Assembly: GCA_964404445.1 (NCBI GenBank)
Contig: CAYOJW010000009.1
Span: 1-64,000 of the forward strand
Direction of reading: 5' to 3'
Source: an uncultured Roseivirgaceae bacterium
GTDB taxonomy: Bacteria > Bacteroidota > Bacteroidia > Cytophagales > Cyclobacteriaceae
Length of the DNA: 64,000 nt
Of the stretch, positions 39,541-48,986 are shown piece by piece; positions within the stretch are counted from its first letter, which is position 1, and each line of letters starts with the position of its first letter. The notes beneath the pieces are model-generated. The model was not told the DNA's origin. It was given only the letters and a program-made list of their open reading frames with translations, and ran no database searches. The position numbers and the translations under genes are program-made.

Positions 39541-40845
39541 GTGAGTCAAAAAAACGAATTACAAAAAGTGCTGGGTGCCGGCTTTGGTATTGCCGTGCTC
39601 GTGGGCGGAACCATTGGCGTTGGCATATTACGCACACCGGGCACCATTGCCGGCCTGCTCGATAATTATTGGCTCATCATTTTCGCCTGGTTATTCGTGG
39701 GCGGTTATGTGTTGTTAGCTGCCGGGCCGTTTGCCGAAATGGCTACCATGATGCCCAAAGCAGGCGGGCCGTACAATTATGTGAAACGGGCGTTTGGCAA
39801 TTATGCCGGTTTTGTATCGGGCTGGTTCGATTATTTACTCAACTCCATTGCCCCCGCATATTTTTGTATTGTAATTGGCGAATACCTCGCACTACTCTTT
39901 CCAGTGTTAAGAGGTTATGAAACCATCATGGGGCTTGGCTTCTTAGTGGTTTTTATGCTGTATCACCTCAGCGGGGTAAAAAGCGGAAGCATTGCCCAGC
40001 AAATTACCAGCGCATTGAAAATGGTTTTCTTCGTTGCGCTGATTATCGCCTGTTTTTTTGTTGATCCCCAACCGATACCCGAAGAAAAAGCAACGCTGAT
40101 CATCGATGGCGGATTGATCATTGCTTTCTTAACAGCACTGCAACTGATTATGGGTGCGTACAACGGCTGGTGGTCGAGTTGCTTTTTTGCCGAAGAAGAT
40201 GTTGATCCTTCACGCAACATTCCGAAATCGTTATACACGGGCGTGATTATGGTGATTATCATTTACGTGTTGGTGAACATGGCGTTTATGTACGTATTAC
40301 CACCCTCCGCGTTAGCAAACTCACCGTTAGCCGCATCGGATGTTGCGCGTGTAGTGTTTGGCAATTCGGGGGCAACATTGGTAACCGTTATTTCTATCGT
40401 ATCGATTGTGAGTATTTTAAATGCTTACATGATGATACCCGCACGCATTCTTTTTGGATTGAGCCGTGACAGTTTCTTCTTAAAGCAAGGCATGAAAATC
40501 AACAAAGGCGGTACTCCGGTAGTTGCCTTGTTGCTCACAACATCGTTCAGCTTTGTGTTGATCATCGGAGGATCGTTTCAGCAGCTTTTTGCCCTCGCAG
40601 GGTTTATGTCGTTAGTGGTTACAGGTCTGGCTTTTGCAGCACACATTAAACTCCGAAAATCAGAACCCGGCACCGCCCGGCCGTTCCGTGCGTGGGGTTA
40701 TCCGGTTGTTACGGTGTTTGTATTACTCGTAACCATTGCCATGTTTGTCGGCTTCGCAAAAAGCGATCCGTTTAACTTTGCCATTGTGATGGGGATTGGG
40801 GTTGTTTCGTATCCGGCTTTTAAAATTCTTACGAGAAGTAGGTAG
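39541..40845 (+). CDS. APC-family amino acid permease
   Basis: 12 TM; GTIGVGIL N-terminal motif typical of the APC superfamily. Confidence 0.85.
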   Translation: MSQKNELQKVLGAGFGIAVLVGGTIGVGILRTPGTIAGLLDNYWLIIFAWLFVGGYVLLAAGPFAEMATMMPKAGGPYNYVKRAFGNYAGFVSGWFDYLLNSIAPAYFCIVIGEYLALLFPVLRGYETIMGLGFLVVFMLYHLSGVKSGSIAQQITSALKMVFFVALIIACFFVDPQPIPEEKATLIIDGGLIIAFLTALQLIMGAYNGWWSSCFFAEEDVDPSRNIPKSLYTGVIMVIIIYVLVNMAFMYVLPPSALANSPLAASDVARVVFGNSGATLVTVISIVSIVSILNAYMMIPARILFGLSRDSFFLKQGMKINKGGTPVVALLLTTSFSFVLIIGGSFQQLFALAGFMSLVVTGLAFAAHIKLRKSEPGTARPFRAWGYPVVTVFVLLVTIAMFVGFAKSDPFNFAIVMGIGVVSYPAFKILTRSR

Positions 40846-40854
40846 GTCAACATT

Positions 40855-40924
40855 TAGCTATAAGGTGTGGCGGCACACCAAAACAATAAATTAAATGTCA
40901 ACCGTGCCGCCATGACTTATAGCT
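40855..40924. terminator. Long imperfect hairpin (AGCTATAAG-gtg-TGGCGGCAC ... GTGCCGCCA-tga-CTTATAGCT) between convergent genes
   Basis: Two perfect 9-bp inverted-repeat segments separated by a 3-nt internal loop; ~27-nt apical loop. Confidence 0.5.
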
Positions 40925-40956
40925 TGTGTTGTGTGCAGTTTGTGGTAAGTTTGAAT

Positions 40957-41442
40957 CTATTTAATTAGTCCGAACTTTCGATAATCCGATAGGTGATTCT
41001 TAGCTTCATTGTCGCCCAACGAGTCAGCCTTAACCAAGTATTTAACAGCCATTTCTCGTGCTCCATGATTTAAGGAGTCAAGGTTATAAATACCATTCTC
41101 AGATTCATCAATAACCGGCACATTATACATCCACATAATTTTGTAGTACACAGTCTTGCTGGCCAACCCGTTATCGTACTTGTCGGCCATGATTAAAAAG
41201 GTCGAGAGAAATTCTCCCGGGCGATAATCCAAACTAGCTGTCTCGAGTGCGTCAAGTGCCGAAACACTTCCATGATTTTCAATTGAGTCAATCAATATAT
41301 GAATTGGCACTCCAGGATCATTCATCGATCTAGCAGTTTCTGTTCTGTCACAAGAAGTCAAGCAACTTAATACGAGCAACGAAATCGTCCACCTGTATCT
41401 TGATAATAAGTCAATATGTTTCTCGCTTAGTCTTTCGTTCAT
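40957..41442 (-). CDS. Hypothetical lipoprotein (start chosen at MNERL...)
   Basis: Lipobox LSCLTSC; GC lower than the neighbours; no motif. Confidence 0.35.
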   Translation of the reverse strand: MNERLSEKHIDLLSRYRWTISLLVLSCLTSCDRTETARSMNDPGVPIHILIDSIENHGSVSALDALETASLDYRPGEFLSTFLIMADKYDNGLASKTVYYKIMWMYNVPVIDESENGIYNLDSLNHGAREMAVKYLVKADSLGDNEAKNHLSDYRKFGLIK

Positions 41443-41500
41443 ATTGATTTCTTGTCCACCATAAATTGCACACAACACTTGAATATAGTTAACTTATAAC

Positions 41501-43165
41501 TTACGCTACCGGCTCCCGATGCCCCACCCACGTAAACCGTTTGGTTACATACTCAGGGTTTGTAAACGAAGCATTGCCCGCAGGGTTACCGCCTGTTACA
41601 TGGAAATCGGAAAAGGCCGCGTTCTGGTTCATGTAAATACCGCCTGTTAAATTGAACGACACCGGTGTGGCGGCCAGCGCCATTTCATCGGCAATCTTTT
41701 CCTTCACCCCGGCATCGGTTGTATAAGCCCCGCACGAAATAGCCCCGTGTGTCATGGCCATTTCTTGTGCCAACGCAACCGACTCGTCAGTATTTTTTGT
41801 TTTGATCAGCAAAATAATCGGGCCGAATAACTCTTTGCTGAAGATTTCTTTCTTCGAAGAATCAACCTCCACAATAACCGGAGTAGTTACACGTGCATTT
41901 TTAAACATCGGGTTTTCAAACGTGCGTGGTTTAAGCCACACTTTACCTCCGAGTTTTTCGGCTTCAAAAACACGTTCAGCGGTTTTTTTATTTTGCACTG
42001 CACCCAGCACAAACGGCCCGGCTTTCGGGTTATCGACTAAACCTGTAATGTTATCCGCAAGTTTTTGCGCAAACTCATCGAAGCTTACTACACCATTCGG
42101 GGTTTTAATGCCGCCTTCCGGGATGTAAAAGTTTTGCGGAGCAGTACACATTTGTCCGCTGTATAAGTTTACAGAGAACGCAAGGTTCGCAGCCGTTTTA
42201 TCAACATCGGTTGTTGAATCTAAGATTACTGAGTTTACTCCGGTTTTTTCGGTAAACACGGTTTTACCGGACAGTGCTTCGAGGTAACTTCCAAACGCAG
42301 AATTACCGGTAAAGTCGATCAGTTTAACATCTTTATGTTCGGCTAATTCTTTGGTGATCATCTTATCATAAGTATCAACAGCAAGTTGACAAATATTCGG
42401 GTCGAGGTTGTTTTCGCTTAACACGTTTTGAATCTCGGCTACCACAATGGCAATCGGAAGTATCGCACCCGGATGAGGTTTCACTAACACGCTATTGCCT
42501 GTAATTAAACTTCCATAAATCCCGGTAACGGAATTCCAGGTAGGAAATGTTGAACAGCCAATCACTACCGAAATACCTTTGGGCACGGCACGCCACTCTT
42601 TGTTGAGTTGAATGTTAAACTTGCCCATTGGCTTATCCCACAATGCCGAGGCGGGGAAACGTTTTAATTCTTCATAACCTGCCGCAACTGCTTCCAACGC
42701 GCGGTCGGCCGCATGTGGGCCCGATGCCTGAAAGGCCATCATATAACCCTGACCTGTTGTGTGCATGGTTGCATACGCAATTTCAAAGAAGCGTGATTTC
42801 ATGCGTTCGAGCGATTCCATTAAAATGCCTGCACGCTCATCGACACTTACTTTACGCCATACATGAAAGGCAGCTTTCGCATTGTCGATTAATGTTGACA
42901 CCGATGCCGTTGGATACGAAACATTCAACTGCTCTTGCGTGTAAGGCGACTCTTCCTGCCCTGCCCAACTGTTGGTGTTCGTTTGTTTCAGTTCGGAAAA
43001 CTTATTTCCCAACGATGCTTTAAATTTTGCCTGCCCATCTGCATCGGCTGTTTCGCCATAAACGGATGGCGATGGGTGTTCCGGGAATGCGGCATAAAAC
43101 GTTCGTGCATGCAAGGCATCGATGGCTTTGCTTAATGTGGTGTTATGTTTTTCGAAAAGACTCAT
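41501..43165 (-). CDS. Aldehyde dehydrogenase family protein (554 aa, PaaN-like length)
   Basis: ALDH-fold features: the GQMCTAP catalytic Cys region and LGGK; larger than a typical 480-aa ALDH. Confidence 0.75.
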   Translation of the reverse strand: MSLFEKHNTTLSKAIDALHARTFYAAFPEHPSPSVYGETADADGQAKFKASLGNKFSELKQTNTNSWAGQEESPYTQEQLNVSYPTASVSTLIDNAKAAFHVWRKVSVDERAGILMESLERMKSRFFEIAYATMHTTGQGYMMAFQASGPHAADRALEAVAAGYEELKRFPASALWDKPMGKFNIQLNKEWRAVPKGISVVIGCSTFPTWNSVTGIYGSLITGNSVLVKPHPGAILPIAIVVAEIQNVLSENNLDPNICQLAVDTYDKMITKELAEHKDVKLIDFTGNSAFGSYLEALSGKTVFTEKTGVNSVILDSTTDVDKTAANLAFSVNLYSGQMCTAPQNFYIPEGGIKTPNGVVSFDEFAQKLADNITGLVDNPKAGPFVLGAVQNKKTAERVFEAEKLGGKVWLKPRTFENPMFKNARVTTPVIVEVDSSKKEIFSKELFGPIILLIKTKNTDESVALAQEMAMTHGAISCGAYTTDAGVKEKIADEMALAATPVSFNLTGGIYMNQNAAFSDFHVTGGNPAGNASFTNPEYVTKRFTWVGHREPVA

Positions 43166-43272
43166 AGTTTAAAGTTATCTTTATTCATTACTTATTTTAG
43201 AAGTATGCAATTGGCAGTTAACAGTATGCAGTGACGAAGACAAACTGCCTGCTGCCTCTCGCCTACTGGTTA

Positions 43273-43989
43273 CTATTTATTGTATCCAAATACTTTTTTC
43301 AACAATTCCGTAGTACGCGCAACCGGATCCTGCCGGATTTCTTTTTCTTCTTTGGCAATCATGGTAAACAATCCTTCAATGGCTTTATTGGTTGCATAGT
43401 CATCCAAATCGGGATTTACTTTATCCACTAACGGAATCTGGTTGTAGCGCGTAACAATCTCGCCATAATATTTAGTGGCATTCACTTTATTCAACGATGT
43501 TTGAATAACCGGCTTGAATTTTTCTTTTAACAAACCTGATGTAGTTTTCTTCAAATATTCGGTGGCCGCATTTTCTTCGCCTTTTAAAATTGACCATGCG
43601 TCTTGTATCGTCATCGATTTAATGGCTGCAATAAAAATCGGTTTAGCTTCTTTCGCGGCATCTTCGGCACCACGGTTCAAGGCCAGCACAAACTTATCAA
43701 CCTGACTGCCCAAGCCAATGTTACGCAAGGTTGTTTCTACTTTCTGCACTTCTGCGGGGAACGGAATTTTTATTTCCGGGTTTTTAAAATAACCATCGGT
43801 TACCGAAACCAGATCCGAGCCTTTCGATATGCCCTTTATCAACGCCTCTTTCAACCCCTCGCCTACTTCGGCTGTTGTTAACGGGGCACTGCCGCCCAAT
43901 GCCTTGTTTACATCGCCTAATGTTTGGTTAATTTGTGCTGTTGTGCAACCGGTTAATGCCAACACCAAAATCCATTGTACTGTTTTCAT
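43273..43989 (-). CDS. Hypothetical lipoprotein (DUF4197-like)
   Basis: Lipobox ALTGCT; helical repeat-rich; weak family guess. Confidence 0.4.
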   Translation of the reverse strand: MKTVQWILVLALTGCTTAQINQTLGDVNKALGGSAPLTTAEVGEGLKEALIKGISKGSDLVSVTDGYFKNPEIKIPFPAEVQKVETTLRNIGLGSQVDKFVLALNRGAEDAAKEAKPIFIAAIKSMTIQDAWSILKGEENAATEYLKKTTSGLLKEKFKPVIQTSLNKVNATKYYGEIVTRYNQIPLVDKVNPDLDDYATNKAIEGLFTMIAKEEKEIRQDPVARTTELLKKVFGYNK

Positions 43990-44059
43990 CTGTTTAATAT
44001 AATCAGGTGGCTAAATTATGGTAAGGGTTCTCAAAATCCTATTGAATTTTAACGTGCCG

Positions 44060-45334
44060 TCAGGGTTTCCGGATAAGCATTCCGGGTTCTATTTCCGCAA
44101 CATTTTTTGCGCCTGCCAACGCCATGGTTAATTCAAACTCGGCCATGATGTTTCGCAACACCTCGTACACGCCCTGCTCTCCGGCAAGGGCTAATCCATA
44201 CACATACGGTCTGCCCACACATACAGCTTTCGCGCCCAACGCCAACGCTTTCACTACATCGGAACCTCCGCGAATACCGCTGTCTAATAATATTGGAATT
44301 CTATTTTGAACAACCTCTGCAATTTTCGGTAATGCTTCTAAGGTGGCGATCGATCCATCGGTTTGCCGTCCGCCATGGTTGGAAACGATAATACCATCCA
44401 TTCCATAATCAAGCGCCTTTCGGGCATCATCGGTATGTACAATGCCTTTTAACAGAATGGGCAGTTTCGTGTTTTGTTTCAGGAAGGCGAGATCGTTCCA
44501 CGTAATGGCCGGGTTTGAATATATGCCGATAAACTTGCGTACCGCTTTTAACGGTCGGCCGGATTTTAGTTTTTTAAAGAACCCGTTACCCGGATAATTA
44601 TTCACCATCGAAATCAATCCACGTATTGATTGAAGATTAACGTTGCGTTTGATGGCTTGCGTTTCTTCGGGGTCGTCCAATAATTTTTGAAAAACCGGAT
44701 CGGAAGTGTATTGTGCAATACCTTTGCCTTCTAAAAACGGAAGGTAGGCTACATCCAAATCGCGTGTGCGCCAACCGAGCAAAGTTGTATCTAACGTAAC
44801 CACTAACGCTTTACACCCACACGCTTCGGATCGCCTTAAAAAACTTTGCACCAACTCGTTCGATTTGCTCCAATATAACTGGAACCATCGCGGACTGTCG
44901 GCCATTACCGCAGCACATTCTTCCATTGGCTTCGATGCCTGATTTGAAAAAATATACGGTATGCCAAGTTCTGCTGCGGCTTTTGCAACGGCAACATCGG
45001 CTTGTTTGTTTACCATCTCCAACACGCCTATCGGGGAAATCAAAACCGGAGAAGGCAGTTTCTGGCCAAACAGTTCAATGCTGGTATCGCGTTGTTCAAC
45101 ATTGCGCAACATTCGTGGTACGATCTTCCATTGTTCAAATGCATGGCGGTTTGCCCGCATAGTAGCCTCGCTTCCGGCTCCACCGGCAATGTATGCAAAT
45201 GCTTCCTTGCTGATTTTCTTCTTAGCTTGTTGTTCAAGTTCATCAAACGAAACATTTACCGCCAGTTTGCTTCCCGCAAAACCATTCAGGTAAATCTCTT
45301 TCTGCCAGTCGGCTGCTGATACACGATTTTCCAT
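44060..45334 (-). CDS. FMN-dependent alpha-hydroxy-acid dehydrogenase/oxidase (lactate monooxygenase family)
   Basis: SNHGGRQ active-site motif, GVDGIIVSNHG-like region, VDSGIRGGSDV. Confidence 0.85.
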   Translation of the reverse strand: MENRVSAADWQKEIYLNGFAGSKLAVNVSFDELEQQAKKKISKEAFAYIAGGAGSEATMRANRHAFEQWKIVPRMLRNVEQRDTSIELFGQKLPSPVLISPIGVLEMVNKQADVAVAKAAAELGIPYIFSNQASKPMEECAAVMADSPRWFQLYWSKSNELVQSFLRRSEACGCKALVVTLDTTLLGWRTRDLDVAYLPFLEGKGIAQYTSDPVFQKLLDDPEETQAIKRNVNLQSIRGLISMVNNYPGNGFFKKLKSGRPLKAVRKFIGIYSNPAITWNDLAFLKQNTKLPILLKGIVHTDDARKALDYGMDGIIVSNHGGRQTDGSIATLEALPKIAEVVQNRIPILLDSGIRGGSDVVKALALGAKAVCVGRPYVYGLALAGEQGVYEVLRNIMAEFELTMALAGAKNVAEIEPGMLIRKP

Positions 45335-45441
45335 CGAGGTAAACTACAAATAAACCTTTAGCCGTTCAAGTCAATTATTGTGAGAACTGTTCCGCATGAT
45401 TATCAGTTTTTAGTGATATTTACACGCCTGATTATACACCG

Positions 45442-46689
45442 ATGAAAAAGATACTGGCCGAACTCCTTACCATTGGGGATGAAATTTTGTACGGACAAAT
45501 TGTTGACACCAATTCGCAATGGATGAGTGCCGAACTCGATAAACTTGGTATTAAGGTGATCCGCAAAACAACCGTGGGCGATCAAACCGAAGAAATTCTC
45601 ACTGCTTTCGCGGAAGCCGAAAAACGTGCCGACATTATTTTGATTACCGGTGGCCTCGGCCCTACCAACGATGATCTCACCAAAGACTGCCTCGCAAAAT
45701 ATTTTAACTGCGGCATGGTACTGCACGAAGAAGCCCTAACTGAAGTAACGGCATTTTTTAAAAGCCGGGGACGCGAACTAACCGACCTTAACCGCCTGCA
45801 GGCCGTATTGCCCGAGGCTTGCGAAAAAATTACAAATGCCATTGGCACTGCACCGGGAATGTGGTTTAACCGGAACGGGAAAATTTTTATGTCGATGCCG
45901 GGCGTACCGCATGAGATGAAACTCATGATGACCAACCATGTGATCCCGAAACTTAAAACAACATTCGTTACACCGGTTATCTGCCATAAAGTAATCCGCA
46001 CCATTGGTATTGGCGAATCGTTCTTAGCCGAAAAAATTGCCGTGTGGGAAAACGCTCTGCCTCCGCATATCAGATTAGCATACCTGCCCAGTTTGGGCGA
46101 GGTGAAACTTCGTCTTACCGGGTTTGGCACTTCACACGAAGCATTGGAAAAGGAAATCAACGAACTCACTGTTTCACTTGAAGCCATTGCCGGCCAGTAT
46201 ATTTTCGGGTATGGAACTGAAAATATCGAATCGGTTATCGGAAAAATGTTGTTAGAGCGCAACCTCACGCTTTCCGTTGCCGAAAGTTGTACAGGAGGTT
46301 ATCTGTCGCATCTGATTACGAGCATTCCCGGAAGCTCGGCTTACTTTTTAGGAAGCATGATCCCGTACGATTATCAAATCAAAATGCGGCAACTTGGCGT
46401 AAAGCCCGAAACACTCGAAAAGTATGGCGCTGTAAGCGAACCTACCATTATTGAAATGGCCAACATTGTTCGCGCAAAGTTCAACACCAATATTGGTGTG
46501 GCTACCAGCGGCATTGCCGGGCCGGGCGGTGCAACACCCGATAAACCCGTGGGTACGGTATGGATTGCCTATTCTGACAAGCATCAAACCATTACTAAAA
46601 AACTACAACTATCGAACGACCGGATGATCAACATCCGGCTGGCATCCATTGCCGTGCTGAATTTAATCAGGGTGAGTTTGCCAAAGTAA
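45442..46689 (+). CDS. cinA: CinA-family competence/damage-inducible protein (MocF-like N-terminus plus PncC-like nicotinamide-nucleotide amidohydrolase C-terminus)
   Basis: LLTIGDEILYGQIVDTNSQW N-terminal motif; C-terminal ESCTGG motif. Confidence 0.85.
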   Translation: MKKILAELLTIGDEILYGQIVDTNSQWMSAELDKLGIKVIRKTTVGDQTEEILTAFAEAEKRADIILITGGLGPTNDDLTKDCLAKYFNCGMVLHEEALTEVTAFFKSRGRELTDLNRLQAVLPEACEKITNAIGTAPGMWFNRNGKIFMSMPGVPHEMKLMMTNHVIPKLKTTFVTPVICHKVIRTIGIGESFLAEKIAVWENALPPHIRLAYLPSLGEVKLRLTGFGTSHEALEKEINELTVSLEAIAGQYIFGYGTENIESVIGKMLLERNLTLSVAESCTGGYLSHLITSIPGSSAYFLGSMIPYDYQIKMRQLGVKPETLEKYGAVSEPTIIEMANIVRAKFNTNIGVATSGIAGPGGATPDKPVGTVWIAYSDKHQTITKKLQLSNDRMINIRLASIAVLNLIRVSLPK

Positions 46690-46780
46690 ACTAAAGAGTG
46701 CTTTAAAAGCGCTTGCCTTTTTATTAGATAAAAATGTGAGTTGTGAGCAATTTCACTAAACAGTTTATCGTTAACTGAAA

Positions 46781-47455
46781 ATGAGAAATCTATTAATTAT
46801 TTTACTAACACTTTTAACAAGTGAGATTGTAGGGCAAAACAAAAACACGATATTCTATGATAGTGTTGGGCAATTGACTTCATTTGAAGGACATTGGGCA
46901 CAAGTAGTAACCGGACGATACAAATCCGTTTATCACAAATCAGAAAATAAGAAAACGTTAGTTAAAACAACAAAAGAGGAGTTTGAAACTGAACTCCGTA
47001 AAACTGAAAAGAGAATAACCAAGACACAAAAACTTGGAGAAGACTTTCCCGAGTTTGACGTTTTCGACCTCAATGGAAATCGGTTGATAAAAACAGAATT
47101 AAAAGGAAAGGTTCTCGTTTTAAATTTTTGGTTTATCGGATGTACACCATGTGAAATGGAAAGACCCGCCTTAAACGATCTTACAAAGATTTATGAGCAC
47201 AATAATGACGTTGTTTTTATTTCGTTCGCAAAGAATGACAAAGAGTCGTTGGTAAAATTTCTTGCAAAATACCCCATCTTATATAATGTAGTAGCAACGG
47301 ATAGGGATTTCATTAAGACAACATTTGAGGTAAATGAATATCCGGTAAACATAATTATTGACCGGAATGGAAAATATTTTTTCAACAGTTCAGCTTCAGG
47401 CATCGGCATATTGACAATTTTGCAAAAACAGATTGACAAAGCGTTAAGGGAATAG
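46781..47455 (+). CDS. TlpA/AhpC-like thioredoxin-fold thiol-disulfide oxidoreductase, secreted
   Basis: WFIGCTPCEMERP (CxxC); signal peptide; AT-rich coding sequence. Confidence 0.65.
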   Translation: MRNLLIILLTLLTSEIVGQNKNTIFYDSVGQLTSFEGHWAQVVTGRYKSVYHKSENKKTLVKTTKEEFETELRKTEKRITKTQKLGEDFPEFDVFDLNGNRLIKTELKGKVLVLNFWFIGCTPCEMERPALNDLTKIYEHNNDVVFISFAKNDKESLVKFLAKYPILYNVVATDRDFIKTTFEVNEYPVNIIIDRNGKYFFNSSASGIGILTILQKQIDKALRE

Positions 47456-47651
47456 ATAAAAGGGAATCATCCGAATACGACATCATCGATAAAGGTGTTG
47501 TATCGACTCCCATATGAACCTCTCTGTTCGGCTTTTCGGTAAAGAATCTACCCAGATCGGCATACATATTATAAGACCTCATTCCTAAAATTAATATGCT
47601 TCCAACAGGCAGAGACCTGTACTTCTGTATTCTTTAACCCGTCAAAAATGC

Positions 47652-47659
47652 TAACTTTG
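47652..47659 (+). promoter_or_regulatory. Candidate Bacteroidota -7 promoter box (TAACTTTG, consensus TAnnTTTG) ahead of the E2 gene
   Basis: Motif seen 20 nt upstream of the ATG at 47679; no -33 element checked. Confidence 0.25.
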
Positions 47660-47678
47660 CCCCGTAAACGATTGAATT

Positions 47679-48980
47679 ATGGCATCAGTTGAACTCATCA
47701 TGCCTAAAATGGGCGAAAGCATTATGGAGGCTACCATTCTCACATGGCTTAAAAAACCAGGCGATAAAATTGAGCAGGATGAGTCGGTATTGGAAGTAGC
47801 TACTGACAAAGTTGATACGGAAGTACCCTCTACCCATGCCGGGGTGCTCAAAGAAATCCTGGCAAAAGAAGGCGAAGTGGTAAAAGTGGGCAAACCCATT
47901 GCCATTATCACTACCGATGCCGAAGTAACCGCATCGGTAACCGAAACCCCGGTTGAACCTAAAAAAGAACCGAAAAAAACCGAAAAAGCGGAAGAGCCTG
48001 TTTTAAATAGCTCAACAAATGGCACAACCCATGCCGTTGCCGATTATACAACAAGCACCCGTTTTTATTCACCGTTGGTTAAAAACATAGCCAAAGAAGA
48101 AAACATTAGTGTTGCCGAGTTAGAGTCCATTACCGGCTCAGGGCTGGAAGGCCGTGTAACCAAAAAAGATATTTTAGGTTATGTACAAAACCGTAAGCTC
48201 GGAAAAACCATTCAGGCAACACCTGTAAAACAAACATCTTCCGCTCCACTGGTTCCCGCTTCGATAAGCGCAGGCGATGAAATCATTGAGATGGATCGTA
48301 TGCGTAAAATGATTGCCGAACGCATGGTGGACTCGAAACGAATTTCGCCACACGTTACCTCTTTTGTGGAAGCCGATGTAACCGACATTGTGTTCTGGCG
48401 GAATAAAATGAAGAATGATTTTCAGAAACGCGAAGGCGATGCGTTAACGTTTACACCCATCTTCATCGAAGCTGTAATCAACGCTATCAAAGATTATCCG
48501 ATGATCAACATCCAGGTAGATGGCGATAAGATCATTAAAAAGAAAGACATCAACATTGGTATGGCCGTGGCCTTGCCTTCGGGCAACCTGATTGTACCGG
48601 TTATCAAAAATGCCGGTCAGTACAACCTTACCGGTTTGGCGAAAGCCGTAAACGATCTGGCAAAACGCGCCCGCGAAAACAAATTAAAACCCGATGAACT
48701 TTCAGGCGGCACGTTTACCGTTTCAAACGTTGGTTCATTTGGCAACGTAATGGGTACGCCTATTATCATGCAACCGCAGGTTGGCATTATTGCGTTAGGT
48801 GCTATACAGAAAAAACCAGCCGTAATTGAAACTCCGTATGGCGATGCCATCGCAATCCGCCACAAAATGTTCCTCTCGCATTCGTACGATCACCGTGTAG
48901 TGGATGGTTCGTTAGGCGGCATGGTGGTAAGGCGCGTAGCCGATTATTTAGAGAAGTTTGATGTGAACCGGGGCGTTTAA
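47679..48980 (+). CDS. 2-oxoacid dehydrogenase complex E2 (dihydrolipoamide acyltransferase)
   Basis: Lipoyl domain VATDKVDTEVPS (lipoyl-K), E3-binding domain, catalytic DHRVVDG. Confidence 0.85.
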   Translation: MASVELIMPKMGESIMEATILTWLKKPGDKIEQDESVLEVATDKVDTEVPSTHAGVLKEILAKEGEVVKVGKPIAIITTDAEVTASVTETPVEPKKEPKKTEKAEEPVLNSSTNGTTHAVADYTTSTRFYSPLVKNIAKEENISVAELESITGSGLEGRVTKKDILGYVQNRKLGKTIQATPVKQTSSAPLVPASISAGDEIIEMDRMRKMIAERMVDSKRISPHVTSFVEADVTDIVFWRNKMKNDFQKREGDALTFTPIFIEAVINAIKDYPMINIQVDGDKIIKKKDINIGMAVALPSGNLIVPVIKNAGQYNLTGLAKAVNDLAKRARENKLKPDELSGGTFTVSNVGSFGNVMGTPIIMQPQVGIIALGAIQKKPAVIETPYGDAIAIRHKMFLSHSYDHRVVDGSLGGMVVRRVADYLEKFDVNRGV

Positions 48981-48986
48981 AAGAGG

